The notes beneath the pieces are model-generated. The model saw nothing but the letters and a program-made list of their open reading frames with translations. It ran no database searches and was not told the origin of the DNA. Below are positions 13,011 to 26,899 of a stretch of 64,000 bases of DNA, piece after piece. The translations under genes were made by a program, and so were the position numbers. Position 1 is the first letter of the stretch. The number at the start of each line of letters is the position of its first letter. Source of the stretch: Okamejei kenojei (Eukaryota); contig CM069142.1 of the NCBI GenBank assembly GCA_035221665.1, positions 30,938,001-31,002,000 on the forward strand, read 5' to 3'.

Positions 13011-13621
13011 AAGACAATCTTCTTGCGTATGGTGTGCAGAGCCTAAAGTTGTAAGACAACTTGTTCTGTTTGATCCTCCGTTTGGAAAATACAAGCAACG
13101 TGGTCCAGGAGCAAACAATGAGGAAGACGTGCCCCTTATTTAGTATCCTGTGTGTTTTTATTTCCCAAATATAACTCTTCATAAAATTTGCAATTATATA
13201 ATATAAAACATTCATATATTGCCATTTTAGTATAAGTTGTGTAACTTCATTTGTATTACAAGAACAGGCCATCAGTTATCCTTTACTCCAGGTCACACTG
13301 TTAACGTGGATTTTGCACAGGCTACAGCCCCTTTTTGTACAACTTTCCCCAGAAATTTGAACATAAAACAGTATAGCACAGGAAGTGGCCCTTCAGCCCA
13401 CAATGTCAGTGCCAAACATGATGGCAGGTTAAACTAATCTCTTATGAGGTGACTGCACTGTGCTTCAGCATATAGTCCTGGACCATAGTCTGTAACAATC
13501 TGCAGCATTCAATTGTGAATACCTGTTTGCAATAGCATCTTGGTGCCATCTGGAACAAGCAAATCAAAATTACTTACAGTATTGTTATGAGGTCCAATTT
13601 TCAGCCAACTATTTTCCAAGC

Positions 13622-15201
13622 TGAAGACATTTGTGCAAACCCAAAGAATTTGGTGGATTAACACTCTCTAATTTTTTGTATTATTATTGGGCAGCAAACG
13701 TCAAAAATGTGATTCACCTGTTGGGCAACTCTGCCCAGCAGGTGGATTGGATAGTAATGGAGAGAGAGGATTGCGCCCCATTTAATATAGGAGCAATCCT
13801 TCTCTCACCAACAAAATTGAATAATACAATATATAGTAAAAATCCAATTATTCATAGTACTATTAGAATTTGGAAACAAATAAAATTAACCCTTAAATTA
13901 TGAAATGTATCACTTCTCACCCCTATAGTTAATAATCCATCGTTTAAACCTTCTAGTATTGATAAATCATTTACATATTGGGAAAGAATAGGAATTAAAA
14001 CGTTCGGAGACATGTATGAAAATGGAAATTTCTTATCATTTCAACAACTACAACTTAAATACAACCTGAGAAGTAATCAATATTTTAAATATTTTCAAAT
14101 TTGTGATTATTTGCAAAAATATACACAAGAATATCAAAATTAGTCTCCAGACTTATTAGACAAAGCAACGTATATAAAAGCAGACTCAACTAATTTAATA
14201 TATCTGTATAATATTATCCCAAAATTAGAAATACCATCATCTGATAGAATTAGAAGAGATTGGGAACAAGAACTAGATATAAAAATCTCGAAAGAGAGTT
14301 GGGAAAAACACTTGCTATATGTGCACAAATGCTCGATCAATGTAAGACATATTTTAATCCAATTTAAAACTTTACATAGACTATATTATTCAAAAACTAA
14401 AATAAGTACATTTTTTCCAAATGTCTCCCCAATGTGTGATAAATGTCTATCCCAAGAAGCAACCATTCCTTTGTTTTTTGCATAAAAATTCAAAAATTCT
14501 GGAATTAAATCTTTGAAATTTTTGCAAAATTATTCAAAATTTGAAACCGAATGCAGACTTTATTATTTTTGGAACAATGGACGCCAGCTTGGAGCTGACT
14601 TTGTTCCAAAAGAGCTTTCTTAATTATGGCTAAACAATGGCAAAAAAACTTATACTTAAATTCTGGAAAAAACACTCCCACGCCAACGATAAAAATGTGG
14701 ATTTCAAATATGTCCGAAACGTTATACCTAGTAGAAGATATGAAACTCCTCCTTGCAGGCAAATCAGACCATTTCCAAAAGATTTGGTCTCCATTTATCG
14801 ACTTATTACAAGTATAGGGTGCAACACAACTCTGATAATAAATGGTATCAGGACCTGGTGAGGGGTGTGTAAAGATACGAAGGAGATACATCCCTTTTAT
14901 CTTAGCTTATTTTACTTTCTCATATTTTCTGTCTTCTGTTTTTATTTATTTTTAATTTTTATTTTCCTTTATTTTTTATTTTTTAGTCTTTCTTGTGTCT
15001 TATGCTTCTACGGGTTCTTCCGGATCACTCTCTCACGCACTTACTATCCTATCTAACTCTCTCTATTCTTCTTCTTATTCTTCTTCTTCTTAAAGTATAA
15101 AATAAGAAGTGGTACAGGAAATTAATTATGTTATTTTTGGCTTATATCTTTGTAATGTACATTACTTCTAATAAAGAAAATAAAAAAATTAAAAAAAAAT
15201 A
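13622..15201 (+). mobile_element. 5'-truncated L1-clade LINE with A-rich tail and 11-bp TSD
   Basis: CKPKEFGGLTLSNFLYYYWA... ORF2 3' region with stops; AATAAA plus A tract; TSD ATTTTCCAAGC at 13611-13621 and 15202-15212. Confidence 0.9.
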
Positions 15202-16501
15202 ATTTTCCAAGCCCATCGTTCTGCTGCAGCTCTCATCAGTGACATTCTAAATTTGACCACACAAAGTTTGATTTCCTTTATCTGGGCTATTTGGGATAAT
15301 TTTTTGCATACTTGTTGGATGTTTTGTCATTGACTTAAAGGTTTAATTCCAGAGACACCATCCGATTCAAAAGATGTAGTTGGTGTAATAATATTAACAC
15401 CAGTGCTGGTTCTCGTGTTTCTTGAGTTTATCAGTTTGTGCATTTAGCCCCAAAGAGATAAGTGTCTAATGTAGGCTAGAACTTCTATGCAGTATGAAAG
15501 AATGCTATCTTTCAGGAAGGGTTCTATGCCAAACCTGTTGTCTTGTGAGATCCTTCGCATCCATGCAACTTCCAGGCAACCTTACAATAATTATCCTTTA
15601 ACATCTAAAACAGATGATCTGATCATTTATTTCAGTGCTATTTGTGGGAGCATTTTATGGACGAACTTGTTGCTGTATTTTCTACACACAAAGATTACTA
15701 CCACTTTATTAACATGTCTATTATCAACATCAATGGCTTCTATTACTTGCTCCTAATTGAACAGGGTCTGATGAACCTCCTTGAACAGCTATTTTTGTGA
15801 AGTTGAGTTAGATGGAGATTTTCAACATTTAGCCCCAACGATGATGAAGGGATGGTGTTTATACTTATCAGAGTAAATCAAAGCTGTAGCTTCTGATGTT
15901 GTTGTGTGATTACGGCCCTTGTAGAGATAAACTGCTGGGAATTGCCATCATTTTTTGAAATGGTAAATGCTGTAACTATGGGAGTTGGGTGGGAGGGGAA
16001 TGCGCGGTGGTTAATGGGATGCTAGTTAAGTATATTATTTTGATCCAAGATATGTTTTTGGAATTAAGCTCATCCAGATGAGTGTGTTTTTATTATACTC
16101 CTTACTTGTGCTTTGTAGTTGGTAGGGAATAGGAATCAGATTTGCGCTCTGATGGCCTTCTTGTCAAAGCACTGACTCAATTTGCAGACTTGGCACATTT
16201 AACACACCATCTCTCTGTTGCCAAGGTTATTTATACAGGCCATTCCTAGAAAACTGTTGGTATCGTGATTTTTTCATTAAGCTGTGTCGCCTTTGTATGA
16301 GACAAGGAATGAGTTAATAAAAAAAAATGTTTTAACATTATTTCCATGAGGGAAAATTTTATTTCATATCTTGGATTTTTTAGTCACAATTTGTGAATTC
16401 TGTGAGAGTGAATTTCTAAACGCACGGGTCGTCTTTGTATGTTTATTCGAAATGACCTTAATATCCAGTGATGTTGATTAACACGTGTGCTTTCTTTGTA
16501 G

Positions 16502-16635
16502 TCAGACCCAAAGGAGTCCTCATATGTTCTATCGGCATGATTTGATTAACCAGCTTCAACACAATCATTCGTTGGTTACCTTGGTAGCTGAAAACCTATC
16601 TGCATATATGGAGAACATACGGCAGTTTCATAAAG
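16502..16635 (+). CDS. USP9X: USP9X exon [44 protein letters not shown]
   Basis: Within ORF 16485..16670; ttgtag|T ... AAAG|gtaaa; 134 nt. Confidence 0.95.
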
Positions 16636-16667
16636 GTAAAGATAATAATGTTGTGGAAATAAAATAT

Positions 16668-17779
16668 TAATAGAATATTGACTGGCCTTGAGGGGGATAC
16701 GACATATATTGCCTGAAGTAGATTCATATTGCCCGAGTCGAAGACGAGGGCAATATGGATCTAGTGAGGGCAATATATGTCGTATCCCCCGAAAGAGGAC
16801 AGTCAATATTGTTATTATTACCCATATCAGACATCTAGAGGAAAATCTCAACATCTCAGCTCGGCGGACTTCCACGTAAAAATTTAGCCAAAATGGACGC
16901 CAAAGTCTTCCTGTCTGCCGTTTGAATATCGACATCTAGACCCTTCTCATCAAATATTCTTGAATATACTGCTTGTTTCGTTCCTTCTTCGTGTTCTGCG
17001 CGTCTTTGTTTTGTAAAATCTCGTCAAATTGCTGTTCGTCAAAAGTCGTGAACCTCTTCTTGCCATTTTGCTCGAGCTTGCCACATTTTCGACCAGGGGA
17101 ATATAAGACTATATTTACCGCTGTTTTAACACTCCATCGTTTCAAGTGTTCTGCTGGCGAAGGTCAATTTTGTAAAAGCATTTGTTTTGTAATAATAAAT
17201 ATTAAAACCCTGTGGCACTCAAAAACGAAGGGAATAAATTTTGTAAAGCATAGCTCAGATGTGTGGATATGGGTAATAATAATATTATTCTATTGATATG
17301 GGTAATAATAAATATTATTACCCATATCACACATCTGAGCTATGCTTTTACAAAATTGTATTCCTTCGTTTTGAGTGCCAGCAGGGTTAACAGGGGAATA
17401 TTTTCTTGTATTCCCCTTTCTTGCGAACGCCTATGGACTTTACGTGTTAAAACAGCGGTAAATATAGTCTTATATTCCCCTGGTCTCACATCCGGGAACT
17501 TGGCAATGTGACGCTGCGTGGGAAATTTAGAATTTGTTCTCGACAAAACAAGCAAAATGGCAGCCTCCTGCGAGAAGAGGTTCGCGACTTTTGACAGAAG
17601 ATTTTCCTCTAGATGTCTGATATGGGTAATAATAACAATATTGACTGTCCTCTTTCGGGGGATATGACATATATTGCCCTCACTAGATCCATATTGCCCT
17701 CGTCTTCGACTCGGGCAATATGAATCTACTTCAGGCAATATATGTCGTATCCCCCTCAAGGCCAGTCAATATTCTATTA
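16668..17779. mobile_element. Palindromic non-autonomous element, probably Crypton-derived
   Basis: ~180-bp near-perfect terminal inverted arms, each itself a hairpin centred on gcccgagtcgaagacgagggc; inner inverted blocks; minus-strand peptide KRFTTFDEQQFDEILQNKDAQNTKK. Confidence 0.65.
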
Positions 17780-18234
17780 TTGTACCTTGGTTTTAGGTTT
17801 TTCACTGTATCTCGGTACACGTGAAAATGATCAACCAATACCAATATCACTGGGTTAAATCTAATTTGTGAAGAACTGGATTCCCATATCAAAGATTGAA
17901 TTCTGCAATTGAGTGTTAATTTGGGTAAAATTTGTGATAGAAAAATAAAATACAGAATTCCACATTCATAAAATAAGAACACGTGTGGAAGATTATTTTT
18001 CATCAAACCAGAGATTGATTGAGTTTGAGCTCCAGTTTGATTAAGTTTGAGCTCAAGAAATCTGCTACATTGCAACCTGAACTGCAGTACATTGGTGGAA
18101 GCAAGTGGTCAAGAAACTGAACAAAGAATGCTGAGAAGAACTGCACAATACTGTTGACTTTCGATTTTAAATTATATATTTTTATTTGTAGTGTTTCAAG
18201 TACAAACTTTAAATGTAATGTAATAGCAAGAAAC

Positions 18235-18642
18235 TGCAGGTGTGGGTTTACCAAAGAAAGACACAAAATTCTGGAGTAACTGCAGTCGGGACCCAAAATG
18301 TCACCTGTCCAGACATTCTGCCTGACCCGCTGAGTTACTCCAGCATTTTGTCTTTCTCGAGGTCAAATATAATGTTGGGCATAAAAATTGAGATATGAAT
18401 GAAGAAATGTAACTGTGTGTAGAAAAGAACTGTAGGTGCTGGTTTAAATCAAAGGTAAACACAAAATGCTGGAGTGACAGCAGGATAGGCAGCATCTCTG
18501 GAGAGAAGGAATGCTTGACATTTTGGGTCGAGACCCTTAGACTAGAGTCTGAAGAAGGGTCTCGACCCGAAACATCACGCATTCTTTCTCTCCAGAGATG
18601 CTGCCTGTCCTGCTGAGTTACTGCAGTATTTTGTGTCTACCC
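18235..18642. repeat. Cluster of inverted Penelope-derived pLTR repeats
   Basis: acaaaatgctggag...gggtcgagaccc / gggtctcgacccgaaac...attttgtgtctac in inverted orientation. Confidence 0.75.
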
Positions 18643-21600
18643 AAGAAACTTAACTGGTTTGCACTCAAAGTTGCTGGATTTTCATTTAGGAAGTGCAGAA
18701 TATCTGGCTTCCCAGAGTGCCATGCTCAAAATAATTCTCAATTCAACAGTAAATCACCGTCCTTCCTGATGACCATCTAAACCATCTATTTAGTCAACTT
18801 TCTTGAGTAGTTGTGCTATTGGCATGTCATGAGACGGTATTGTTGGACAATTGAATAGCTGTGACAAGTAGAACGATGCACAAAGTGACTAGTATGATGG
18901 GGAAAGTGTTGTAAAGTCATTCAGCATGGAAACAAAGTCCACATCGATTACTAAGCCCCCATTTTCACGAATCCAATTTTATTCGCCCTGCTTTCCTAAC
19001 AACTCGTCTCAAATGACCTACACTTTACGAGTGGTTTAGTGGCTAATTTGCCCAACTACACAATTTTAGGATGTAGCAGAAAAATGGAGCAAATAGAGGA
19101 AACCTACATGTGAAAACTTCAATACCAGAGGTCAAGATTTCCTTATCCATGTTTGACAGTCCATGAGTCTTGTTCTTTGAGTCAGTATTGTGGACTGTCA
19201 GGGTTTTCCTTTTACGTGTCGATAATGTGTGGCCTCCATAAGGTCTATGTCACCTATGTGACAGGATGCATTAATATATGTGGTATGTGTTTTGTGCTGT
19301 GCAAATTGAAATCTTTCTATTCCTCAATAAAACTCAGTTTTGTCTGACAGGTGAGTATTCTTTAGTTCCATTGCTGTGAAATATTTGTCATTGTATTCCT
19401 TTTGAAGGAATTTGAAGCTTGGTACAAAAATAAAGGCCTTAATTACTCAATATATCACATGGGTGTTGAAAGGACTACACACATAGCTTGTTTAGGTTTA
19501 AGAATTGAAGAATTGGGATTGGATAGAGCAGACTGCTTAAGTGTGAACTAGCCGCAGGATTACCTAGGCACTTGTGGTTCATGCAGAGCCTGAGCATTGA
19601 CTTTTTGCCAGAGGAATATAGTTGGTGAAATACAGCACAACAGCAAAGGGGTTTTGCTTTCCTCCACTAGTGGTTGCGGTGAAGAGGAGCTGGCCCCAGA
19701 GTTGAACCAAGTAAAGAGCCTCTTTACCCGCTGCTGGTCTGCTGGCGATTACGCCACATGGCAATGACTTGTGGTAATGCCTACGTGGCAGCCATTTGGC
19801 TCTCTCTTTTGCTATCATGTCATCTGCTAGCAAGATGACATTATAGCAAGCAACAGAAATCCATGAGTGGCTTTAATCTATGTTTTCAGTATGTGAATGG
19901 TGAAGGCTGTTCAGCTATGTTTCCAGCCAAGTTCTGATCCTGATATCAACTGCTACTCTCAACCAACCTTTTGGGGAGCAATGATCAGTATGACGTGACT
20001 GATACTCTCTGATTTAAATATTACTTGTTAGCAAAACAGAGTTTGAAGATTATGGGTCAGAAATTATTCTTGAAAAACTCAGATGCTGAAAGATATTTAT
20101 TTTGTTTCTTGTCTGAATAACTGCAGAAAATCAGATGATGTTTGGGTGGGAAAAAATGAATGTTGATGCATCCCTGACAATATCCAGTCATGATGGATAA
20201 ATCATACAAATTAAGACATGTATTTTTGAAAGCTAGGCTTGATTTGATTCTCCCTCTGCTTTCTGGCTACTTATCTTTGGACAATTTAAACACTATGGAC
20301 ATGGTGACATTATGGAGGCTTGCCAATGGCATCTGGCTGTGGGGCAGCAGGACAAAAATTGCTTGACTTTACCATGGGTTACTGCCAACCACTCCACATC
20401 AACACTGGCTTATTGGCATCAGTGTTTGACTTTGCATGGCATAGCGACATCAGTTGTTAGCTCTAGCCCATTAAAAACCTAGACTATATATATGCAGGTT
20501 TGATGTAGCTCGAGTCTCATCACCCACAGCATTGTTAACATTTATTATTAGTGGTTATAAGGGCAGTGGTGTCAATTCGGCCATTGAGAATTATATTACA
20601 ATTTGCCATTTTGATTAAAATGAATTATCTGGTGCTTAATTGCAATTAAAGTGTTGTCATTCAATAACAAACCTTTTGAAAACACCTTTTGATCAATTCT
20701 TTCTGCTTTGGCTCATGTTGCTGATCTGTAAAAAAGGGATATATCCACATTTTGATCCTTTTGCTCTTTAACTGAAGAAAGAGTTTAATTTCTTAATATA
20801 TCCTGTTCAAAAGATTAACTTTATTTTTTCATTATTGTATGAACCAGTTAACTTTTTCCTTGTAAATGTATTCCACATATTTGCCATGGTGTCACAGAAC
20901 TTCATACTGTACCCACTGTACGCACACAAAAAGCTGGAGTAACTCAGCGGGACAGGCAGCATCTCTGGAGAGAAGGAATGGGTGACGTTTCCGGTCAAGG
21001 CCCTTGTTCATACTGTACCCTCACAGGTCTAGGGACCTGGGTTCACACCTAACGTACTTCAATCATTCATGGGTTGAGGTGTCTTTATTAATTAGATAAT
21101 TGAAAGGAGCAATTTTGGATCATTTGGATGTTCCATTTAGGAGACTGTAGTTCTGTGAAACCAGCTTGTAGGACACGGCTGCTGGGGTCTCCATGAGGTC
21201 CCTTTAGTTCTAATTTGAATATATTGGGTCCATTCAAGTACATACCATTAGGGGGTCATGGCGTCATACAACATGGAAACCAGCCCTTCGGCTTAATCTG
21301 CCCATGCCAACCAAAATGCCCCTTGTGTGCTTCTCTCACCTACCCGTGTTAGGCCCATATCTCTCTAAACCTTTCCTATTCATGTACCTGTCCAAATATA
21401 TTTTAAATATTATAGTACCTGCCTTAACTACCTCCTCTGGCAGCTTGTTCATATACCCACCTCCCTCTTGTATGGAAAAAATTGACCCTCAGGTTCCTAT
21501 TAATTTTTTGTCTTGCTGAGAGACTTGAGTTCAAAGGCTGATGGAGTTAATTGGTAAGGTGAGAAGTGGCTGTGGAAATGTTGCAAGAGGTATCTGGTAT

Positions 21601-22145
21601 TGTCCAGTTAAAATTCACTTTAACTTGTGGAAAATAGACTATTTATAATTTGACGTCTCATAAATAAACTAGTAACAAATTATTGAATTTGTGGTTATAA
21701 AAGTGTTTGCAAAAATGAGTATCAAATTATACATGGTAGAAATAAATTGTGTCCTTTCATAAGTGGCTCCAGAGTGTTCTAATCCTTGGGTTAACTGTGC
21801 ATGTATCATTGTACCTAATGAAGACCAATCACTGTGTGGCTGCTGCTGTATATAATCAAATTCTGAGTTTCCCTGGTTTAACCAAAGCCTGATTTGTCTT
21901 TGTATTGACTTGATTTCTCAAAGTCTAACATGTATTAATGGATTCACCATGTGCTATTATCAAACATACATTGATCCCGAGATGTTTTTATGTTAATTTT
22001 TGTTAAAATATTAGTAAAATAAATACATTTTACTTGGTTTTGGCATTCAAATGAATGAGATTTGATGGTATTTCCTCTTGCAATCTTTTTTAATTGCGAA
22101 TCCAGTGAATTTCCTGTGCATTAATCGAGATTGTGCATCTTACAG

Positions 22146-22233
22146 AGAACCCAGAGTATGATCCACAAACCGTACGGTCAGGAAGCCGCTATAGTCATGT
22201 GCAAGAAGTCCAAGAAAGACTTAATTTCTTGAG
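22146..22233 (+). CDS. USP9X: USP9X exon (E)[28 protein letters not shown](R)
   Basis: tacag|AG ... TTGAG|gtgag; 88 nt; phases fit both neighbours. Confidence 0.95.
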
Positions 22234-22683
22234 GTGAGATAGTTTATATATCAAATTGATTTGGTAAGCATAAACGTAAAGGTTTTTTGCTGTTAATTCA
22301 CAAGGGAATGTATTGTAGCTAAAATAAGAATTAAAAATTTATAATGCAAAATATGCCATTTCAGATTTTATACCTCCAAAGACAACAAATTAACGTTTTT
22401 TTTGGTGTGGGAACAATGAAGAAATTACATTTATTTTGTTCAGTAAAGTGGGAAAGAAGGGAATCAGCTTTGTATTGTACAAAGAGGAAAAAATGTTTCC
22501 ACCTGGCTGGATGTACAAAAGTAAATAATTCCATGGTTGAAAAATATTAAACTAAAAGCTCTGTTTCATCAGGACTAGGATCATATTTGGAAGATGGGAT
22601 TTAAATTTGTGGAGGCGAATTTGAATCATATACGAAAGGGTGCCCCACGTATCAGATTGATCAATTTTTCCACAGCCCTATCA

Positions 22684-23451
22684 AGAGCTGCCAAGTAGTA
22701 AAGATTTTCCTTAATTTGTACGGAAATGCGATAAGAATATGGATGTACGGATTTGCTTTGTAAAATATGGATTTTTTTAAATCGGCCCGACTTCCTGTTT
22801 CATCTTGCTGCTTAAAAAATCAAGGATATAAAAAGTCATACGGTAACTCTAAAAATTATAGCAGATTAAATCTATTAGTATTTTAAATTTCAAGATCTGG
22901 ATGATTCTTTTTGTAAGCTTTGATCTGCCTGTCCCGCTACAAGTTTAAACAGCGCTGTCAGTTTAGCGCGCGGGAATTTAAACGTATAGCGCTATGGGTT
23001 CTAATTATAGCGCTGCCAGCTGAGCGCTATGGCCACAGCGCTATGGGTCACAGACTGTTCGGGGAGGGAGAAAAAAAGGAAGGAGAGAGGGAGGAGTGAG
23101 GGGGAGGGGGAAGGAGAGAGAGGGGGAGGGAAAGAAAGAGGGGAAGGTGGGAGGGAGAGGGTGGCGTCCAAAATGCCTTCTGCATAATCGTCTGGTGCTA
23201 AAAGCAGGAAGCAGCCGTTCAATCATAAGTATACAAAGAGATGGCAATGAATGCACTGTCAAGTAAGGTGCGTAGAAGACGTGTCAATTGGTGGCAAAGT
23301 TATGCTCTCTTGTACTCTTACGTGGGTATGACCGCACATTAAAAATAATTTCAGCAAAATGGTACCACGTAAAAATACTGATTTACTCAGCAAAATACTG
23401 ATTTTCAGGTACTAAAATACTGAAAAGCTCTGCCAAAACTTGGCAGCTCTG
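22684..23451. mobile_element. Non-autonomous DNA transposon (hAT-like TIRs)
   Basis: agagctgccaag ... cttggcagctctg; no clear TSD. Confidence 0.55.
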
Positions 23452-23879
23452 CCTGAATATAATCTGAGAACTCTGGAGAATGAAATGAAGAGGATCTTTC
23501 TTTGAAATTTCTTTTGCACAGCCAGCCACTGTCTCTTTGGTTGAAATGTTATATATTTATTAACTCTACCAGGATATTAAGTAGAAACAGATTTGTTGGA
23601 AGAAAATTACCTCTATGTGAAATTGTATTCTTGTAGTTACAGAATCAAAACGACCTGAGATTTTAAGATCATTTTTTCTTGTGTTGTGCTGAATAAATGT
23701 GTTATTTTCTAAGAATTCGGTAGGAAAATAATGTAAAAGAATATACTCAGCCATACCTATGCAATTATGTGTGAAGAAAGGTCTCAACACGAAACGTCAC
23801 CCATTCCTTCTCTCCAGAGATGCTGCCTGTCCCTCATCTTCAATTATAAAGGTGTATTTCACAGTGCTGAAACATAGAA

Positions 23880-24178
23880 ATGGGCGGCACAGTGGCACAG
23901 CGGTAGAGTTGCTGTTACAGCGCCAGAGACCTGGGTTTGATCCTGCCTATGGGTGCGGTCTGTATGGAGTTTGTACGTTCTCCCAGAAAGCACAAGAGTT
24001 TTCTCCGGGTGCTCCAATTTCCTTCCACACTCCAAAGACATACAGGTTTGTAGGTTAAATCACTTCTGTAAAGTGTTCCTAGTGTATAGGATAAGGCTAG
24101 TGTACGAGGTGATCACTGGTCACTGGTGGACTCGGTAGGCCGAAGGGCTTGTTTCCATGCTGTACCTCAAGACTAAAG
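23880..24178 (+). mobile_element. HE1/V-SINE-like SINE
   Basis: ggcacagtggcacagcggtagag...gggtttgatcc head, V-core and CR1-like tail. Confidence 0.85.
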
Positions 24179-24288
24179 AAAGTCCATAACCTATAATCTT
24201 GATCAATGTCATTGGGGGGATTTTGGACACCAGATAATAAAAATTTAAAAATCAAAAATATAATATCAAAGTATGTTTTGTTCTTTAG

Positions 24289-24631
24289 ATTTTTATTGAA
24301 GGATGGCCAGCTATGGTTGTGTGCTCCTCAAGCTAAGCAGATCTGGAAGTGTTTGGCTGAAAATGCTGTCTACCTTTGTGATCGTGAAGCCTGTTTTAAG
24401 TGGTTTTCAAAATTAATGGGAGACGAGCCTGACTTAGACCCAGACATTAACAAGGACTTCTTTGAAAACAATGTGCTACAACTGGACCCTTCTCTCTTAA
24501 CGGAAAATGGAATGAAGTGCTTTGAACGTTTTTTCAAAGCTGTGAACTGTCGAGAAGGGAAGCTAGTAGCAAAACGTCGTGCTTATATGATGGATGATCT
24601 TGAGTTAATTGGGCTGGAATATCTATGGAGG
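24289..24631 (+). CDS. USP9X: USP9X exon [19 protein letters not shown]...[11 protein letters not shown]
   Basis: Within ORF 24206..24658; ctttag|A ... AGG|gtaag; 343 nt. Confidence 0.97.
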
Positions 24632-26517
24632 GTAAGGACAGGTTTCACCTCCTTTTGATAATTGAATGGCTTTTTAAAAACTGTAACAATATATGATTGC
24701 TGATACATTGACAGGATGCTGTTTTACCTTATTTGGTATTGATAAACACATTTCCAGCATTTTTGTTCCTAGTTGGCTTTTATGGGTGAGCGGGAAAAAA
24801 ACGTGAAGTAAGAACAAGCAATGACTTATGAACTGTAGGCATTTGATACATTTTACAAAAAATGTGTGAATAGTCAATAAGTTTTAAAATTGGACATTTC
24901 GGTTAACCTAAAAAAAAGAATGTCCAGTATCAATCTTTAATCTTAATCAAAATTTAAAGGGTTGCTTTTGCTGGTCTGCTCAAAGAACGTTAGGTTATGG
25001 AGCAGGACAACAGAAACTAAGTTTGAAGATGTCTGTTGAAGAAAATGGCTGAAATTGAATGTGATAATTCCTCCACTGTTCTCTAGATTTGCTCTAGAGT
25101 AGATTTGTTTCTACATTAAAGAGTAGTCATGCAGCAGTGCAATAATACATTGTGTAATCAGGTTAATTGCTAAATTATAAATATTTAGTTCAATATATAT
25201 ATCATGTCATTAATCATTGTACTTTTATCGTTGATAAAGTACTATGTACTGCTTTTAATCAGGGCAGCTAGCTGATTTAATTTTTGCTGGAGATATTGCA
25301 CCATCCCAGCCCCCCCCTCCATGGTCCGTTATAATGATGGTTTACTGTATCCTATATTTTATTTTATTTTTAATGTGCCAATTTCATGAACATTTAGGAA
25401 AGTAATTTGTATAGGAATATGGAGTACAAAAGTAAGGAAGCCTTACAGCGATTTTGCCAGACTTTGGTAAAGCCATGCCTGGAGTATATGCCGGCAGTTT
25501 TTCTCTCTATACTTGAGTTTGCACTTTTAGATGGTGCAACACTAATACCTTAGGGTGAGGGCTTGTCCTGTGAGACATTGAGTTGGAGTGATTTGTGCTC
25601 ACTACGATTTAGAAGAATGAGCAGTGATGTCATTCAGACCCATTACAATTGGCAGGTGAGATGGGCTTGTCTCTGGCTGAAATCTCTTGTACCATCACAA
25701 TCTGTGGGTAAGGGGTCAGTTATTCCCAGCAATTGTAACCAGAAGGCCACGAATATGCAATCAAGACGTTCAATAAAAGCTGGGATGGTTAGATTTTTCA
25801 TACGATGGGAGATGAGAATTGAGCGGAAAAGAGGAGGAGGAGAATCAGCCGTAATCTTGTTATATAGCAGAACAGGGTTAGGGTTTGTTTCCTTTTATCC
25901 TTTCTTTGAGGTTGAGCTATTTATTGCAACTTGTATCCAGTTTAAGTGTAGGACAAATAATTAATGTTAGAGCCATTAAACAGAAGTTTCAGTTGGTTGA
26001 ATCAGGGTGAACAGTTTGCTTAATGCTCTGTGGAGTTGAGAAGAAGGAGAAGTGATTTCATTGAAACATGGAGGATATTAAGAGGATTGACAGGATGAAT
26101 GCTACGAGGATACTACTTGTTTGACAAACCAGAACTTGGCATAATTTCAGAATAGTGGATGCAGGTTGAAGAATAGCTTGAACGTCTACATTTTTCTCCT
26201 AACAAAGGCTTATTCTGTCATGCTATTGCTGACATTGCGCAAGATGTCACTGCATTCATTGTAACCTCAACATCCTTAGTTGAGCTGGGTGCAAATAGGT
26301 TTTCCTGTTTAGCTCTTCATTTGGATGTGTCTTATTCGTGTGCATGAATTTAACAGCATTACAAGAATTGGAAAGTTGCCAACAAAGAAAAATGAGTGAA
26401 CGGAACTATAGATTTGGTGTATGTATGGAAGATATTTCCAAGGGTTTTTTAAAGTTTAAATGAAAAGGCTCTTTGCCTCAAATTTGTCATATCTTTATTA
26501 TTGCCTGTTCTCAACAG

Positions 26518-26613
26518 GTTGTTATTCAAGGAAGTGATGACATTGCTAGTCGAGCAATAGATCTGCTGAAGGAAATATACACAAATCTTGGGCCGAGGTT
26601 GCAGGTTAATCAA
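26518..26613 (+). CDS. USP9X: USP9X exon [32 protein letters not shown]
   Basis: caacag|GTT ... CAA|gtaagt; 96 nt. Confidence 0.95.
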
Positions 26614-26899
26614 GTAAGTGTTCTAACCTGGAAGTTATCAAAATAAAAATATGATTTTACTCCTGATTAAATTGTATTCTGTGAAGTTAGACTAATGGAT
26701 TTTTTTCGTGCTGGTATTTTAAAAATTATTGTTTACTACTTAAGGTATCACAGCTGTTGTGCTTTTAAAATGTTTTAAACATTCTGAAAAGAACTTGATC
26801 CTCAAGTCTCAACTTTGAGAACTTGGATGTGCCCCTGTGTTTTCATCCAATATAGAGATGCTCATGACAAGCAAATAGATTGGATTAGAGGCAAGTATT

